From assembly GCA_044892525.1 (NCBI GenBank), contig CM097886.1, forward strand, positions 128,092,001 through 128,156,000: a stretch of DNA of 64,000 nt, written 5' to 3'. Both the position numbers and the translations under genes were made by a program. The stretch is from Schmidtea polychroa. Lineage: Eukaryota. The notes under the pieces are model-generated. The model was not told the DNA's origin and ran no database searches. It saw only the letters and a program-made list of their open reading frames with translations. Position 1 is the stretch's first letter. Every line of letters begins with the position of its first letter. Shown piece after piece: positions 39,575 to 52,729 of the stretch.

Positions 39575-40979
39575 TGATAATGGAAGAATAATGCTGTTGA
39601 CTGATCTGCGATCTGTTTATATACGGAATACAGTGCACCACTTTCGGTAACACAATAGCTCAGCAAAACAAACAATTAACACTGGTTATTAGTAGAATAG
39701 TTAGCGCGAATATTAATAGTGTTAAATTCTGTGCAAATAGCGCGCGTTTGTGCGTCAATAAGACAATAAGTTCCAGTAATTCGAATCATTTTATTGTCAA
39801 TTTCTGATGGAATTGGCATTGCACAAAAATGAGTGAATCATTTTGTTTAAATTCTATCGATTTCTTTGTTTTATCGTTGTGACACCAACGCATGGTAATT
39901 AATTAATACGCGACTTTCTCGCTTCTAGTCCATTGCTACTGCAACAGTTGTTGATGAGAAAATATAAACTACATTTATTATTATCATTATTTAAATATAA
40001 TTCAAATAAGTAATTATGTAAGCCATTTTCCTAGTGTTATTCATAAAATGAATTATTTCAATGTAAATTAGGTCCTGATCACTTCAATACAAAAATTAAC
40101 AAGTCATTCAGTCTTTGCTTTTTTTCTTTTTTCTCACATGTTTCAAAAAATATCTAAATCCTAACAAAATTAGAACATTTTTTAAAAATTAAACTAAGAA
40201 CAAAATTTAATTTCTCATGAGAATATGAATACTTTATACAATTTCTTTCGATTAATATATTCTTTGAAACATGATATGAGAAAAGAGATTCAATCAGAGG
40301 AAGGAGACAACGAAAGACTTGTTAAATTTTGCATTGGATTGATCAATACCTATCTTAGGTCGAAATATTTCATATGAATAAACACTGAAAATTATTTGAA
40401 TTTTATTTTTTTAATTTCTATTTTTTATTGACGACGGTAATTCGCCCAAATGAGTTTGAACTCTGAGTTTAGTTTCTGCTGTAGATTTAATTCCATTTGA
40501 GTAATTACAATAATTTTTGGTGTTTTTAACAGTATCTTTGTTTTTTTATGGAGGAAATTTGTTAAGGTCAGCTGACACCGTTAAAAATGTCACCACTAAC
40601 ATATCAACTGGAAAAGGGCATAAAATCCTCTTCACCAGTTCTTCTTTTCTTACGTTTGTCATAAGTTTAGCTTTTAATTTTTTTTTCAATTTAATTTATT
40701 GAATACATGTACTGTAGAGATCTATTCTGTTCCTTTTGTGGAAGGAGGGAATAATGACAAAAATAACGACAACCCAAGTTTAGTATTTAAATTTATTTAT
40801 TTTTTAAATTAATTAGTACTTTCTGACTATCCTTCGCTGGGACCCTCGTTGATTTTATATTAACGTATTTCTATTTGCATTGTTCCCATTGACATATCAA
40901 AAATTAGCAATTATAAAGAAATCAAATGAAAAAATTCTGTTAATTTATTTACAAAATTTAGAAATAATCATCAAATGCG

Positions 40980-41375
40980 TTATTCATCAGCAGTTTCGAG
41001 ATCATTGAGTAATTTCTCCAATAAATTATCTTTCATCATCAAGATTTTGCTTCTTGCCAGCATTAATTTACGCTGCGTGTCAATATCCATATCACATGCT
41101 TCACCGGATAAATTAGTATTAATGGCTTCACGAGCTCTTTGCAAAGAGTTTCGGAGGGCCTCGACTTTTTGAGATATTAACAAATTTGACTGGGTGTTAG
41201 AGTTGTAAAATGATGTCATTTTATCATCAGATGATAACGATTCGTTTTCTGTGATGTTTGCTTGAAGAGTGAATAAAATCTCTTCAATGTTTGGAATAAT
41301 TTGATCAATGAAAAGATCTGATTCAGTTACAACTTTAAAATCGGAAACATCTTGAAAATTCTTTTCTTCTGACAT
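40980..41375 (-). CDS. MED9: Mediator subunit 9-like protein, 131 aa
   Basis: IIPNIEEIL...KVEALRNSLQRAREAI...DIDTQRKL...MKDNLLEKL follows the MED9/Cse2 helical pattern as recalled. Not search-confirmed. Confidence 0.6.
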   Translation of the reverse strand: MSEEKNFQDVSDFKVVTESDLFIDQIIPNIEEILFTLQANITENESLSSDDKMTSFYNSNTQSNLLISQKVEALRNSLQRAREAINTNLSGEACDMDIDTQRKLMLARSKILMMKDNLLEKLLNDLETADE

Positions 41376-41643
41376 TGATTAATTCGATTGTAGAAAAGAA
41401 ATATTAATTGCAATTTAAAACTATTAAAACTAAATTTCAATAACAAAATAAAATTTTTAAGTTATGCAAAAAGATTTAATATTCAAACAACAAAAATAAA
41501 ATCATTTAGTTTATTAATTTGCAATTCCCATTGAATTGTCTTTAATACCATAGGTGAAAAATATTAATTTAATTAGATATTTTTTTAAAATCTAATAAAG
41601 TAAAAACAACAAATAACAAAATTGAATTTTTGGATTTTATTAT

Positions 41644-41704
41644 AGTTAAATCCATCTTTAAATTTCGCAGCTAATATCTTGAAACCAACAATATATATTT
41701 AATC
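41644..41704. repeat. 61-bp direct repeat, copy 1 (partner 43076-43136)
   Basis: Two mismatches between copies. On the minus strand it contains the gag start ATGGATTTAACT. Confidence 0.9.
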
Positions 41705-41805
41705 TCTGTTTCGGCATTATTCAACATTGTTTTACTCCAATTTCTTCCATCTTCCGTCTGTACATTTCTGCTTTTGCCTCGTCTCTTCGTCGTTCATTTC
41801 TTATT

Positions 41806-43087
41806 TCACTCCACCGACGAAATGAAACCCATGGAGTCGCTGATGTTTATCCGTCTTCTCTCAATATAGTATATATTTTCAGGGACATTGTATCTATCTT
41901 CCATGTCGCTGTGAGCAGTTCTGAAATCCTGGCTGTTCTCGGTGTAATCTCTTCTTTCAGATTTTGAATCTTCTTCTATGCACGCTATTCTTTGATATCG
42001 GTGTGGAACCTCTTTCCGTAACGAAAAACAATCTCTGAACCCGTGTCCTTCCTTGCCATATATCAGGCATTTATTTCCCAATGGACACTCATACCTTCTA
42101 CGTCCCCTTTCGTAACAGCAAAAACAATCACCTACCGTTAATTTTGGGATCGATGCTTTTGTTAGTTCTCTACTTTCGTTGTACAGCCTCCTTGCTATAT
42201 TCTTCATGGATATTGTTGGCAGCTTCTTTTCTGAGCTATTCGGGATTTTCGTATTTCTCAAGAATAGTTCTCTTGGAGATTGTTCTCGACGACCATGGTT
42301 ATTTCCTTCGTATTGTATTGGTACACGCATAGGATGTTCGTCTCTTCTTGATCTGTGGTGTTAAATGACTTTTCTGATAGTCTTCTTTGTGGTGATGTAG
42401 GCATAGGATCTTGGGTATTCTTTTGAATTCTCATCAGCCTTCCCTCAATCACGCTAGCGTATGTTCTTTGACCGATTGCTTTAATAAATTCCGTTTTATT
42501 GTTTCCATTTTTGTTACTTTCAAAGATTTTCACCAATGATCTCGTTTCTTCAATTTTTTTTTCTGGTTTCGTCCAAAGTATCTCCGTCAGTCTCGCATCG
42601 CGTGCTTTATTTGCGATGAGGTCTTGAACAATATCTTCTTCTGATCGTCCTTAATTTACAACTTCAGCTAAAGCTTTCCTTAGCCATATCTCAAAAGCTG
42701 CAAACCTTTTATCATCTTCCTGTTCCATAGCTGCCAATTCTCTGATTTTGTCAGTTATTGATTTTGTAATTGTGAAAGTATGTAAGAACCACGCTTTGGC
42801 TTTCACACCGTTGTTTCTGTTTCTCTGATGTTTTCCCACAATGTCTTTGCTTCTGCCACTAATAACACATCGAAAGTGTTTGTCAATCGCTGTCCATTTG
42901 TCAGCAACCATTCTTGTATATCCCTGATCCATTCTTCGGCTTCTTTTAAACATCGTCCATCATATCGTCTGATGTTCAGTGTGAGCATATTTTGGCATGA
43001 TTTCGGTAGGCATTCCATTAGCGATTTTGTCGATTTCGAAATGGCGTTGATATTTTGATTTTTGGCGTGGTCGCCAGTTAAATCCAT
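41806..43087 (-). pseudogene. Ty3/Gypsy-like gag pseudogene with two zinc knuckles
   Basis: IRRYDGRCLKEAEEWIRDIQEWL capsid-like region, then CFCCYERGRRRYEC and CLIYGKEGHGFRDC. Two frameshifts and one stop. Confidence 0.8.
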
Positions 43088-43136
43088 CTTTAAATTTCGC
43101 AGCAAAAATCTTGAAACCAACAATATATATTTAATC
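43076..43136. repeat. 61-bp direct repeat, copy 2
   Basis: Matches 41644-41704. Confidence 0.9.
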
Positions 43137-43279
43137 AAAGAATTTATAAATAACAAGTTTTAATTTTTTACAAAAACCGCCAACTCCAAATTATTTATCT
43201 AACTATATTAAATTATTAGATAAATGCATCATTAAAAACTAAAAGATGTGAAGAAAGATTTACAGGTACTCGAACAAAA

Positions 43280-43929
43280 AATTTAAAACAAGAATTTCAA
43301 ATATACGGTTGTACAAAAAATATAACAAAAATTTTGCAAGATTTGTTGGATGCATTAATGACGATACAGCCCAGCTCGGTCGAAAGTGAAAGGGCATTCT
43401 CGGTGTCATCAAATTTTTGTACAAAAAAAAGAACTTCGTTAACCCTTTCGCCCCTATTGAGACAATATGTCCCAGAAACTTTCATCATGATCCTACTGGG
43501 ATATTTTCAAAGCAATTTGCGGTGTTAAAGTTTATTATTATCCCAGGACTTTCTAGGATATTCAGAAGCGCCACGATTACAAAAATGAGAATATTTCATA
43601 TTTAGGTCAATATTAACAAGTTCCAATATATAAATTTAGCATAGTGTCATTAGCGGAAAGTCGGTGCGAAAGGGTTAAGCAACCACTCACTTGATTGTCT
43701 TTGTTTTTTAAAAACTTATTTTTTAAACCAATAAATTTAAAAAGATACAATTAATATGTATTTATTTATTGGATAGAATATTATTTTAAAACTTTAGTTA
43801 AAAACATGCCTTTGTTATATGAAATTTATAACTTTTTCTCCAGAAAGAATTTTCACGGTTTTTTTCTGTTCCCGGGATTCCCGGGAAATTTTTTTAAAAT
43901 TCCCGTTTCCCGGGAAAAGGCACCCTCTA
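43280..43929 (+). mobile_element. 5'-truncated hAT: dimerization domain plus right end
   Basis: LDALMTIQPSSVESERAFSVSSNFCTKKRTSL|SNHSLDCLCFLKTYF, split by a MITE. Terminus CCCGGGAAAAGGCACCCTCTA. Left boundary approximate. Confidence 0.7.
43443..43674. mobile_element. piggyBac-type MITE inserted in a hAT transposase
   Basis: TTAA|CCCTTTCGC...GCGAAAGGG|TTAA. Removing it restores the hAT reading frame. Confidence 0.85.
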
Positions 43930-43954
43930 GACAGGCAAAGTTCAAATTGACGAG

Positions 43955-44900
43955 GTGGTGAATGACTTAGTTCAATACAGTTTGACCACAAAGCCAGCAA
44001 AATCAATAGCTGAGATAGGGCTCAGAATAAAACGTGATTGTGCTGGCCACCTGTCATGGATCAGGGAAAATGATGTCGATGCGATCGCAAGTGAAATCAT
44101 TCGTCGTATGCTGTTCTCTATATGTGGTAAGCTGGTTGGACATTATCCAGTCTCAGGGTGGATCGGAGTGGCGTGCAGTTATATTAAAAGAACTGCAATG
44201 GGAGCAAAATGGGATGACTTAATTGGAAAAGAATGCGAATCGGAGCTGGCAGAAGTGATATCTCGTGTTAAAACAAGCGACCCGGCCAAGGGAAGGTGGC
44301 CGGTAACTAATAGAGATTGGGGGGTTCTGTGGTGTGATCCGAGTAGTCTCGCTCTAGGGGTTATGCTGGTAATAAATGATGATGTCGCTGAGAATGCTTC
44401 CTGGCTCAGAAAAGCCGATGACCATATAAATGTTGCAGAACTTGACGCGTGCTTTAGAATATCAACTTGGCAATACAACGGGGAGTTAAGAGAATCGAGT
44501 AGATGGTAGATTCGGCCACGGTAGCAAGCTGGTTACGAACAGTGCTGAATAATGAAAGACGAATACGGGTCCATGGAATTTCCGAAACGCCTGTTAGACG
44601 CCGCCTGTGGATCGTCAAGGAACTTACCACCAACGAAAGTTTAACTATCTCTGTATGTTTAGTGAAGTCAGCAGAGAACCAAGCAGATGTCCTTACGCAT
44701 GTTCCAGTGAAATTGCTGAAGCCTGGGAATCATTTTAGATGTGTAGGACTGTCAACAAAACAAATAAAGGACCACCATCACAAGCACCATGTCGGCCAGA
44801 AAAAATCAATCTACTTCATTCAATCGGAAACCGATCGAGACAGCATAAAAGACGTATTGAGAAACTGCACAGAATGTAGGTCGATCGACCCATCACCATT
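43955..44900 (+). pseudogene. LTR-retrotransposon pol fragment (RT C-terminus, RNase H, integrase zinc domain)
   Basis: LFSICGKLVGHYPVSGW, WCDPSSLALGV, HINVAELDA, DSATVASW, SAENQADVLT and HHKHHVG...CTEC. Frameshifted. Confidence 0.8.
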
Positions 44901-46336
44901 CACAAATATATCGATATATTTATCGATTTATAGCAAGCATTTTAATAAATACAGCTATATTATAGTTGTTAAGGATCCAGATAAGGTTTTTATTCTTTGT
45001 AGATAATTGAATATATCCATGATAAAAAATTTATTTCGATCTTGTTATTGGTTCTACAGACTCTTCTTTTGCGCCGTTGACTGAAATAGTATCTTGAACG
45101 TTTGGAAGGGTTTCTCGACAATGTTCTTTTGTAATTTCTAATCATTATTTTATTAAGTCTTCCGTTTTTGAATTTTATTTTTATTTTTCCACTTTTATGA
45201 TCATTTTGCCTTGTTTTTGTTTCCTTTTTTACTTTCGATTTGTAGCTGGAGGCCAATTTGATTTTCTTTGTTAATAAAATTTTAGTTTTTGGTTTCGTTA
45301 ACTAATTTCAAAGTTATTCATTTAATAAATATTTATATATTTATGTTTTGTTTTGCCGCAGTCCAATTAATATCATAACTGAAGTAATGTATGATATGAG
45401 GAGTCGTGGAGGTGTGGAGAGGAGCTAATCGACCGACCATCACGATAAATAATTAAATGAGGTAGCAGAAGACAAATTATTTTAAAAGAACATGGAAATA
45501 ATTTGTTGGATTTTGAGAATCCAATTTTGATGCATCTTTGGGAGAAATGAGAATTGTGTTTGGCGATTACTTTATTTATTTATAGTTAAAAATATATCTG
45601 ACTTACATTATATCGAAATAATTCCAAAAAAAGATTCTAAAGTGACATGGTATTTATTAAAATTCATTTTTATTGGTTATCTATCAGTTTAGTTTGTTTA
45701 TTTTTTATTCATTTTGTCCTTGCCATTTAATACGATAATCCTAGTACCATGTTGTCTGTACCATTTTGTCCGTACCATTTTGTCCCGCCACCAAAGAAAT
45801 CAGTGGTGAAATTTGAAAAAAGTTCTTATAATATAATATAGTTCTTTTGAATTGAAATGTATTCATTGAAACAAATCTTTTTATTCCAAATCTTAACCTC
45901 AAGTTAAGAAGGAAATGAAAGGAAATTAAAGGAATCCTCTATTCTATGCCACTTAGCAATAAATCGGTTTCAAAAAGTTCTGAGCATTAAGTAATAGTAA
46001 AATATGTTTGTAGTACCGTGTATGATTTTTGATATTTAAAAAGGTTATTTGGGATAAATAGCTTGATGGAAATGGTTGATACCTATTTACCAATGTCACC
46101 AGAACAATTGCCTAATATTTGGAGTATTTCACGGCTTCTCCTTCACATGAAATATTTCAATAGAAATATTTAGAAATCAAATTTTCCCCATTCCCATTAT
46201 CCAGTGTAAATTAGAACAACCAGCCAATGACAGGTGAGTTTTATATTTTCCCAGTTCAAATTTGATTGAATACGAAATCAGACTAGAAATAATAAATATC
46301 ACGAGAAAATGTTTGCCCTTTCAATCCATCTATCGC

Positions 46337-46747
46337 ATGACGACCAACACAAATTCCAATAAATCATCCGTGTCCGTTACTGCCTTGCGTCGTCAGTCAA
46401 CGAGACGGCGTCCAAAATCGTCGACCAGCAGAGCGTCAAAGGAAAACTGGTTCAAAATTATCTATCTCGCATCAATCTCAATATTTGTGTCGACGTTCAT
46501 TGTCGTTTGCATTCTGATGCATCTGGTAATCATTCCGTATCTCCACGAGACTTCTTTCATCTCTGCTCAATGTAGTCTCAATGAGACAAGGATGGGGGAC
46601 GAGGTGAAATGTGAAAATAAATGCAGTAAAGACCGATCCAAATTCAAATGTTTACAAATAATTGTCAATTACAGAAGAAACAGCAAAATGTATTCGGCAT
46701 ATCTATATGAGCACGTTGCAACCTTGAGGCATTTCAGCAAGAATCAC
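46337..46747 (+). CDS. First coding exon of a KCNMB (BK channel beta)/TipE-like auxiliary subunit; remainder unresolved
   Basis: Basic N-terminus, one TM helix (IIYLASISIFVSTFIVVCILMHLVIIPYL), then C-S-L-N-E-T and CENKCSKDRSKFKCLQIIVNY. GT donor at 46748, with an N gap shortly after. Confidence 0.7.
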
Positions 46748-46987
46748 GTTAGTTTTCCCAATTTGGTTTTATTATTCAAATAGTTTATTAACTGCGATAG
46801 AATCGAGTGAAACAAATATTAATTATTTTCTGTATTAATTTTAATTTTAAAAGTAGAATGTGTCGAAAATGTCACAGAATTTACTGAAAATATTTCTGGA
46901 TCCCTTTCCCAATTTTCAGGTCCATCTAATAAATCATCCCGTCTGTCAAATCATTGTTTTTCCTTAATTAATTTAAACAAATTTATT

Positions 46988-47151
46988 NNNNNNNNNNNNN
47001 NNNNNNNNNNNNNNNNNNNNNNNNNNNNNNNNNNNNNNNNNNNNNNNNNNNNNNNNNNNNNNNNNNNNNNNNNNNNNNNNNNNNNNNNNNNNNNNNNNNN
47101 NNNNNNNNNNNNNNNNNNNNNNNNNNNNNNNNNNNNNNNNNNNNNNNNNNN
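46988..47151. other. Assembly gap (N run)
   Basis: Run of N. Confidence 1.
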
Positions 47152-47439
47152 ACAAATTTATTAGTTATGTGGGAAACCCGAGTCATGAAGGAAACAGTAA
47201 ACAAGAAGATAATGAAATCAGGCCTCCTTTCACAATCAATAAAGATGATTAGATTTGAATTAATGAAACGAGACCTTTCAACAAAAATGAGAGGGTGCCT
47301 TTTTAATTATTTTGTTTTCCACAAATTTTGGTCGATGGCTAATTCAATTATCTGAATAAGCAGCGGGATGAACAACAATTTAAAAGGAAACGACACTGTT
47401 GGGTAAATGGCAGTGGATGAAGAGAGGAAACTGAGACAT

Positions 47440-47600
47440 CTTGACTAAAGAGTAAGAAGCTTTGACGTATCAAGTTAAATTTGTAAGAGAAAAATCATAG
47501 CCAAATCTGATAAAAGAGGTCTCCCTTAGGGTCACCTGCTTTCCGATTTCTATAAAATAGTTATCTACTCTTTTGATCTCTGATGAAGCTTGCTTAGCTT
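47440..47600 (+). pseudogene. Possible decayed non-LTR reverse transcriptase fragment
   Basis: RSFDV and KRGLP*GHLLS resemble the KAFD and GxPQGS motifs. Heavily degraded. Confidence 0.3.
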
Positions 47601-48175
47601 GGTTTTTAGAATACAACATCCTCCAAAAACACCATTCATGAAGAATTTATGGTCAACCTATGAAATTCATTAGAAAAAACAGTGTTATTTCTTCGTTTAA
47701 TTTAATATACAAAAGCAGAATTGCTTGTAAACAACATGACCGTGAAGTAGATTTGTATACCGGCAGTTTTAGAAATATAGGCATTGATTTTTAATTGTTT
47801 TTTAATGTTAATTGTTTAATTGCAATTAAGAGGCTTTTGTTACATATAGCCATAATATAAATATGAAAATATTATCTGTCCATAATATTTGTCTTTGTTG
47901 CACATAATTTATGCACTTTGGTGTAATGGAGTTGTTATGTATAACATTTGTGTTTGTATTTTATTTTTCTATCAAAATTATTTTTCTGCTTTCCTATAGT
48001 GAATGTACTTGATTCATACTAATTGTCCATAATTGTTGTCTTTATTTCAAGTATGGTTTTACCTTCTATTTATGAATAAAGTAAATCTTATATTAAAATT
48101 TTATTTGTGGCTAATCCAGCCGTAATTTATGTTCTCTGAAGTATACACTGTAAGATTTTTCAATATTTCTGTATC

Positions 48176-48583
48176 CAGTGCTTTTTTTCTGGAAAAAAAG
48201 GTACCGGAACGTATCTGTATTATCCTTTATATGCAAAAAAATGACGCTGCAATTAGCTAACAAATAAAATAATTATGTAGGACACAAAATATACACTTAT
48301 TACCGACGACAAGAAACGATTTTAATGACTTAGTATATTAATGGCGTATATTTACCGTGAGTGTGTTTTATATAATAGTAATAACACATGGGAAGCACGG
48401 AGTTATGATTCACTCGCTTTGGCGTATGACTACTACTTTTAATTGGATTGTAATTCACTATTTGATATGTCAGAAATAGAAATATGACAAAAAATCAAAA
48501 CATACGTCAATTTTTTAAAATCATTCAGCGAAAAAAGGTGCCGAAAAGCCGTGCCGGAGCGTTCCGTCAGAAAAAAAGCCCTG
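48176..48583. mobile_element. hAT MITE
   Basis: CAGTGCTTTTTTT...AAAAAAAGCCCTG. Exact TSD TCTGTATC at 48168-48175 and 48584-48591. Confidence 0.85.
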
Positions 48584-49416
48584 TCTGTATCATTTCCAAT
48601 CTTTCTGCATATAATTAGAGAATCCTGGCTCATTATTGGCGCCGGAAAGACATTGAGTGGACGGGCATATTAGACGATTAATTTATATGTTCATTTATCT
48701 TCATTTTTTAGACCTTAAATCAATATTTTTTGTTTAACATTTAAAACAAATTTTTAAAACAGCTTTTCTACAAAAAAGATTTGTGCTGAAATGAAGACAA
48801 AAATTTGTTAGTAAATTAATAAAAGAGAAAGATAAAGGTAATTATAAAATAAAAGATTTTACTGATAAATGTTTATTATGTAGCGCATTTTATTAATTAT
48901 TTATTTTACTGTATTCATATTTTCCTCATATTTTAAATTAAAAATATTTTGGTTAATTATTTTTATTAATTATTATTTAAATGAACTGTTGGAAATATTT
49001 GATCAAAAAATTGGTTTTTAAATAATAATTGGAAATATTGTTAATAATGTAAAAAAGAGGAGTTGGCATAATATCTGACCTACAATTTCATTCCCTCCTA
49101 CCGGCTCAGATGGGACAAACTCCGTGGCAAATTAGGAGGCGGTAAATAAACAATTGCTACTGGCAAAATCACAGAATATCTACTAGGAGTTTTAGTAAAA
49201 TGCACAAAATTTATCATCAACTTTTCTTCAGCCAAAACAGGAAAACTTTTTAACAAATTAATATATTTTATGAGCAATTTTATTGTCAAATGTCGGCAGT
49301 TTAATTGAGTGATCGGGTAATAAAATTTTATGATAATGCAATCAGCAATTCCTTTGATCTTTGGGATCACAGTTTTAGGCAAATTCATTGGTTAATAATT
49401 CACAGAATAACAAGAT

Positions 49417-49420
<4 letters not shown>

Positions 49421-49474
<54 letters not shown>
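49421..49474. repeat. (AAT)n microsatellite
   Basis: Uninterrupted AAT run. Confidence 0.95.
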
Positions 49475-49475
<1 letters not shown>

Positions 49476-50405
49476 TGTTATAATTATAATTGTTTAAAAT
49501 TTAGAAATATAGTTATAAAAGATATTCGGAAGCACTAAACGTTTCCCAAATTGAAATCAGATAGTTTGTTTACTTCTCACAAACAAAACTGTTTAAATAT
49601 TTGCCCTAAATTCTGTGAATATCTTTTTTAATATATTTGTGTTAGTTAATTATTATATTTTCTCTCGTCCATTATTTCCACTTTTAAATTTGAACTAAAT
49701 TTGTTTTCATTTTTTGCAGGCCGCTTTTGCTGTCCTTCCAACATTTCTCTATATATAATATATATATTATATATTAGAAATTAGAAAATTATTATTTTAA
49801 TCAATTATTTTTCAAATTAAACAATTTTTTAAAAAATATCTAAAATTTTTAAAATGAAATGAAATTCAAACACAAATATAATTCACATTTAAAATATAAC
49901 AACCAATCTATGAATTTTACAAAACTTTTAAAAAACAAAATTATTTAACTTACCAATTTCATCATTCGAAATATTTGAAAACAACTGTAGGGACATACAA
50001 TTAATTTGAACAAAGAATTTATTGTAATTAACATTGTTGAAGATCTTGAACATCATCAGAGATATCATTGTGAATAAGACGAAGGTTTCGGTTTCCTGTT
50101 TTTCTGACATATTTGATCAATTGATTTTGACTCGATTTGATGATTCTTCAACTTCTTCAGTAAAAGCTTCAGTTGATTCAACTTCTGCAACTTCTTCAAC
50201 TTGTTAAACTTCAGTGACTTAAATAGACATGTTTGAATTTGATGATTTTTTTAGATTTAATTTGATGATGATTTTCGAAAAAAGTGAAGGTAAAGGATTA
50301 TTTAAACAATTGCTTTTAATTTTTTTATTTTAATTTAATTAATTTAATAATATATTTTTAGTTCAATTATTCAATTGATAAAAGTGCTAGTCAGAGGCAC
50401 TACAA

Positions 50406-50763
50406 CAGGGGTCTCAAACACGCGGCCCGCTGCGTTACATTTGGCGGCCCGCAACGAAAAAACATAGATTTGTAATTTAACCAAACAATTAAAATCATAA
50501 TTGGATGTATAAATTAAAACTTATTTTTTTAATTATTTTTATTTATACATATGACGTTATACATATTATTATTATTATTATTATTATTATTCTTAATAAT
50601 AAAAAAATGTTTTTTAGTTTTGTTGAGTTTTTAATTAAATAAATATTAACGTCGGAGTTTCAGACTCCACATGTTCTGAAAAACAATTATTTATGTTGCG
50701 GCCTGCCGGCTCATAATACTAGTCTAATGCGGCCCGCAGGCCAGTTTGAGTTTGAAACCCCTG
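50406..50763 (+). mobile_element. Buster-type hAT MITE, copy 1
   Basis: CAGGGGTCTCAAAC...GTTTGAAACCCCTG. TSD CACTACAA. Confidence 0.92.
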
Positions 50764-51719
50764 CACTACAACAACACCAAAAATGAACATTCACTCAATT
50801 TAACATAATAACTATTTAAAAACATTCAAAACAAACGTTTTATGGACATTAATTTTAAGATCTAATGATCTAACCAATAACGTTTTACATTTTATACGTT
50901 TCCAATAATTATTACAATTTTTTAATAAAATTTTAAAATCAGATATGCCTATTTTATTCGTGTAGGCTTTTTTGTGCTCACTTATAATCCTTTTAGTCGA
51001 ACTTCAGTACAGAGAGATGACGGAAAGTCTCTCTAATGTAAATGGAAATTGATATGCGAGATCCAAAAACAATTCAACCAGAGTTAAAAATTTATTAATA
51101 AACATTATTTTAAACAATCTTATAATTTAAATTGTCCAACTGCTTGCTTATTTTTTTATAATCTGTAAAAACTTCCGAGTTTGGCAATATTAAGGGGCTA
51201 TATAACTATTAAAATATTATCTGTCCATAATATTTGTCTTTGTTGCACATAATTTATGCACTATAAATTTTTGCAACAGAAATTTAAGATCCTAATTTTA
51301 GGACACCTAATTTTAATGAATAAAAGTTTCTAAATTAAATTCCAAATAATAAGTTTCTATAATACACGTTGATATGTACACCAATGTAGGTGACTCACCA
51401 TTTATGAGAAAATGAAGTTTATAAGTTGATTTATTTAATTGTATAAATGGCTTTCAAGTAAGTTTTTTTAATTTAAAGTAAATTTTAAGGCTTGAATTTT
51501 GATTTTATATGATGAGATATTTATTCAAGTTCTTAAATATTACTTTTAGTCAAAATTTGTATTATAATTTATTTTTAATTACTTTTCGTCTGTTTTTTTA
51601 AGAATTTATTGAAATTTATTTAGAATTATTTTGGAATTATTTTGATATAATGTAAGTTAGATCAATTTTGAATTATTTATTAAAGAAAATAATCTCCAAA
51701 CACATTGATTTTTTTAATA

Positions 51720-51875
51720 CATTTATTTCTCAGTACTTCTGAAATAATTTCTTGTCTGCCACCTCTTTTTCTTTTGGCAATTTCTACAAAGTTTTTGTAT
51801 CTGTAAATTATTGTTCCAATCGATTTTTGGTGATTCTCAGCAATCTTCAGAATTCATAGTAATTTTCGCCATTTT
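51720..51875 (-). pseudogene. Possible Tc1/IS630-like transposase N-terminal HTH remnant
   Basis: IAENHQKSIGTIIYRYKNFVEIAKRKRGGR. Short and frameshifted. Confidence 0.3.
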
Positions 51876-52516
51876 TGAAAGCATCAATTAATCGAATTTT
51901 GTCATGTTCTGATTCTATCAAAATACTATTTTTTTAAATTAAGTAATTAAAATTTACAATTTTCGACTTTTTCTAGAAATCAAAAGAGATAGAAGAACCT
52001 GGTTGAATGTTTGAAATTTAACCTTCACAAAATGCAGAGCTTGAAAAGAAATATCTGATGAACTGTAAAATATTTAAATTATTTGTAATTTCATGAATAA
52101 ATCTCACGTCAGCTATTTACCCTCCAAAAGGTGAGCGTCTACCATTTAAATTCTAAACAATTTAATTTGTTTTGAATATCCAATTATCCCTTAAAGCTAT
52201 TATAGCGAAAATATTTCCTAAATCAGTCAGTGAGATACTTGTTTTTATTATAAGTATATTTATGATAATATCTAAAATTCTAAATATATTGAAATATCTG
52301 AAATTCTAAGGAAATATTAAATTTATAATTATTTAATAAATATATCTTACGAAGTTTTATCATCATTTTCTCTACAGCTTAAAATAGAGTTGTCCGAATC
52401 TAGCTCAAAAATCTTTTCCGCCATGTTTGATAAATTGAAAATAATAATATGTTAACAATTTGTCAATTACTTTTCATTAAAATGAAGATTTAAAAATATT
52501 TTATATCCATTTAGAG

Positions 52517-52661
52517 CAGGGGTCTCAAACACGCGGCCCGCAACGAAAAAACATAGATTTGTAATTTAACCAAACTTATTTAACAATTAAAATCATAATT
52601 GGCTGTATAAATTAAAACTTATCTTTTTAATTATTTTTATTTATACATATGACGTTATACA

Positions 52662-52729
<68 letters not shown>

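Noticed and set aside
46233-46254. About 21-nt GT...AG micro-intron upstream of the KCNMB-like ATG
   Set aside because: All well-supported introns here are at least 44 bp, and there is no transcript evidence.
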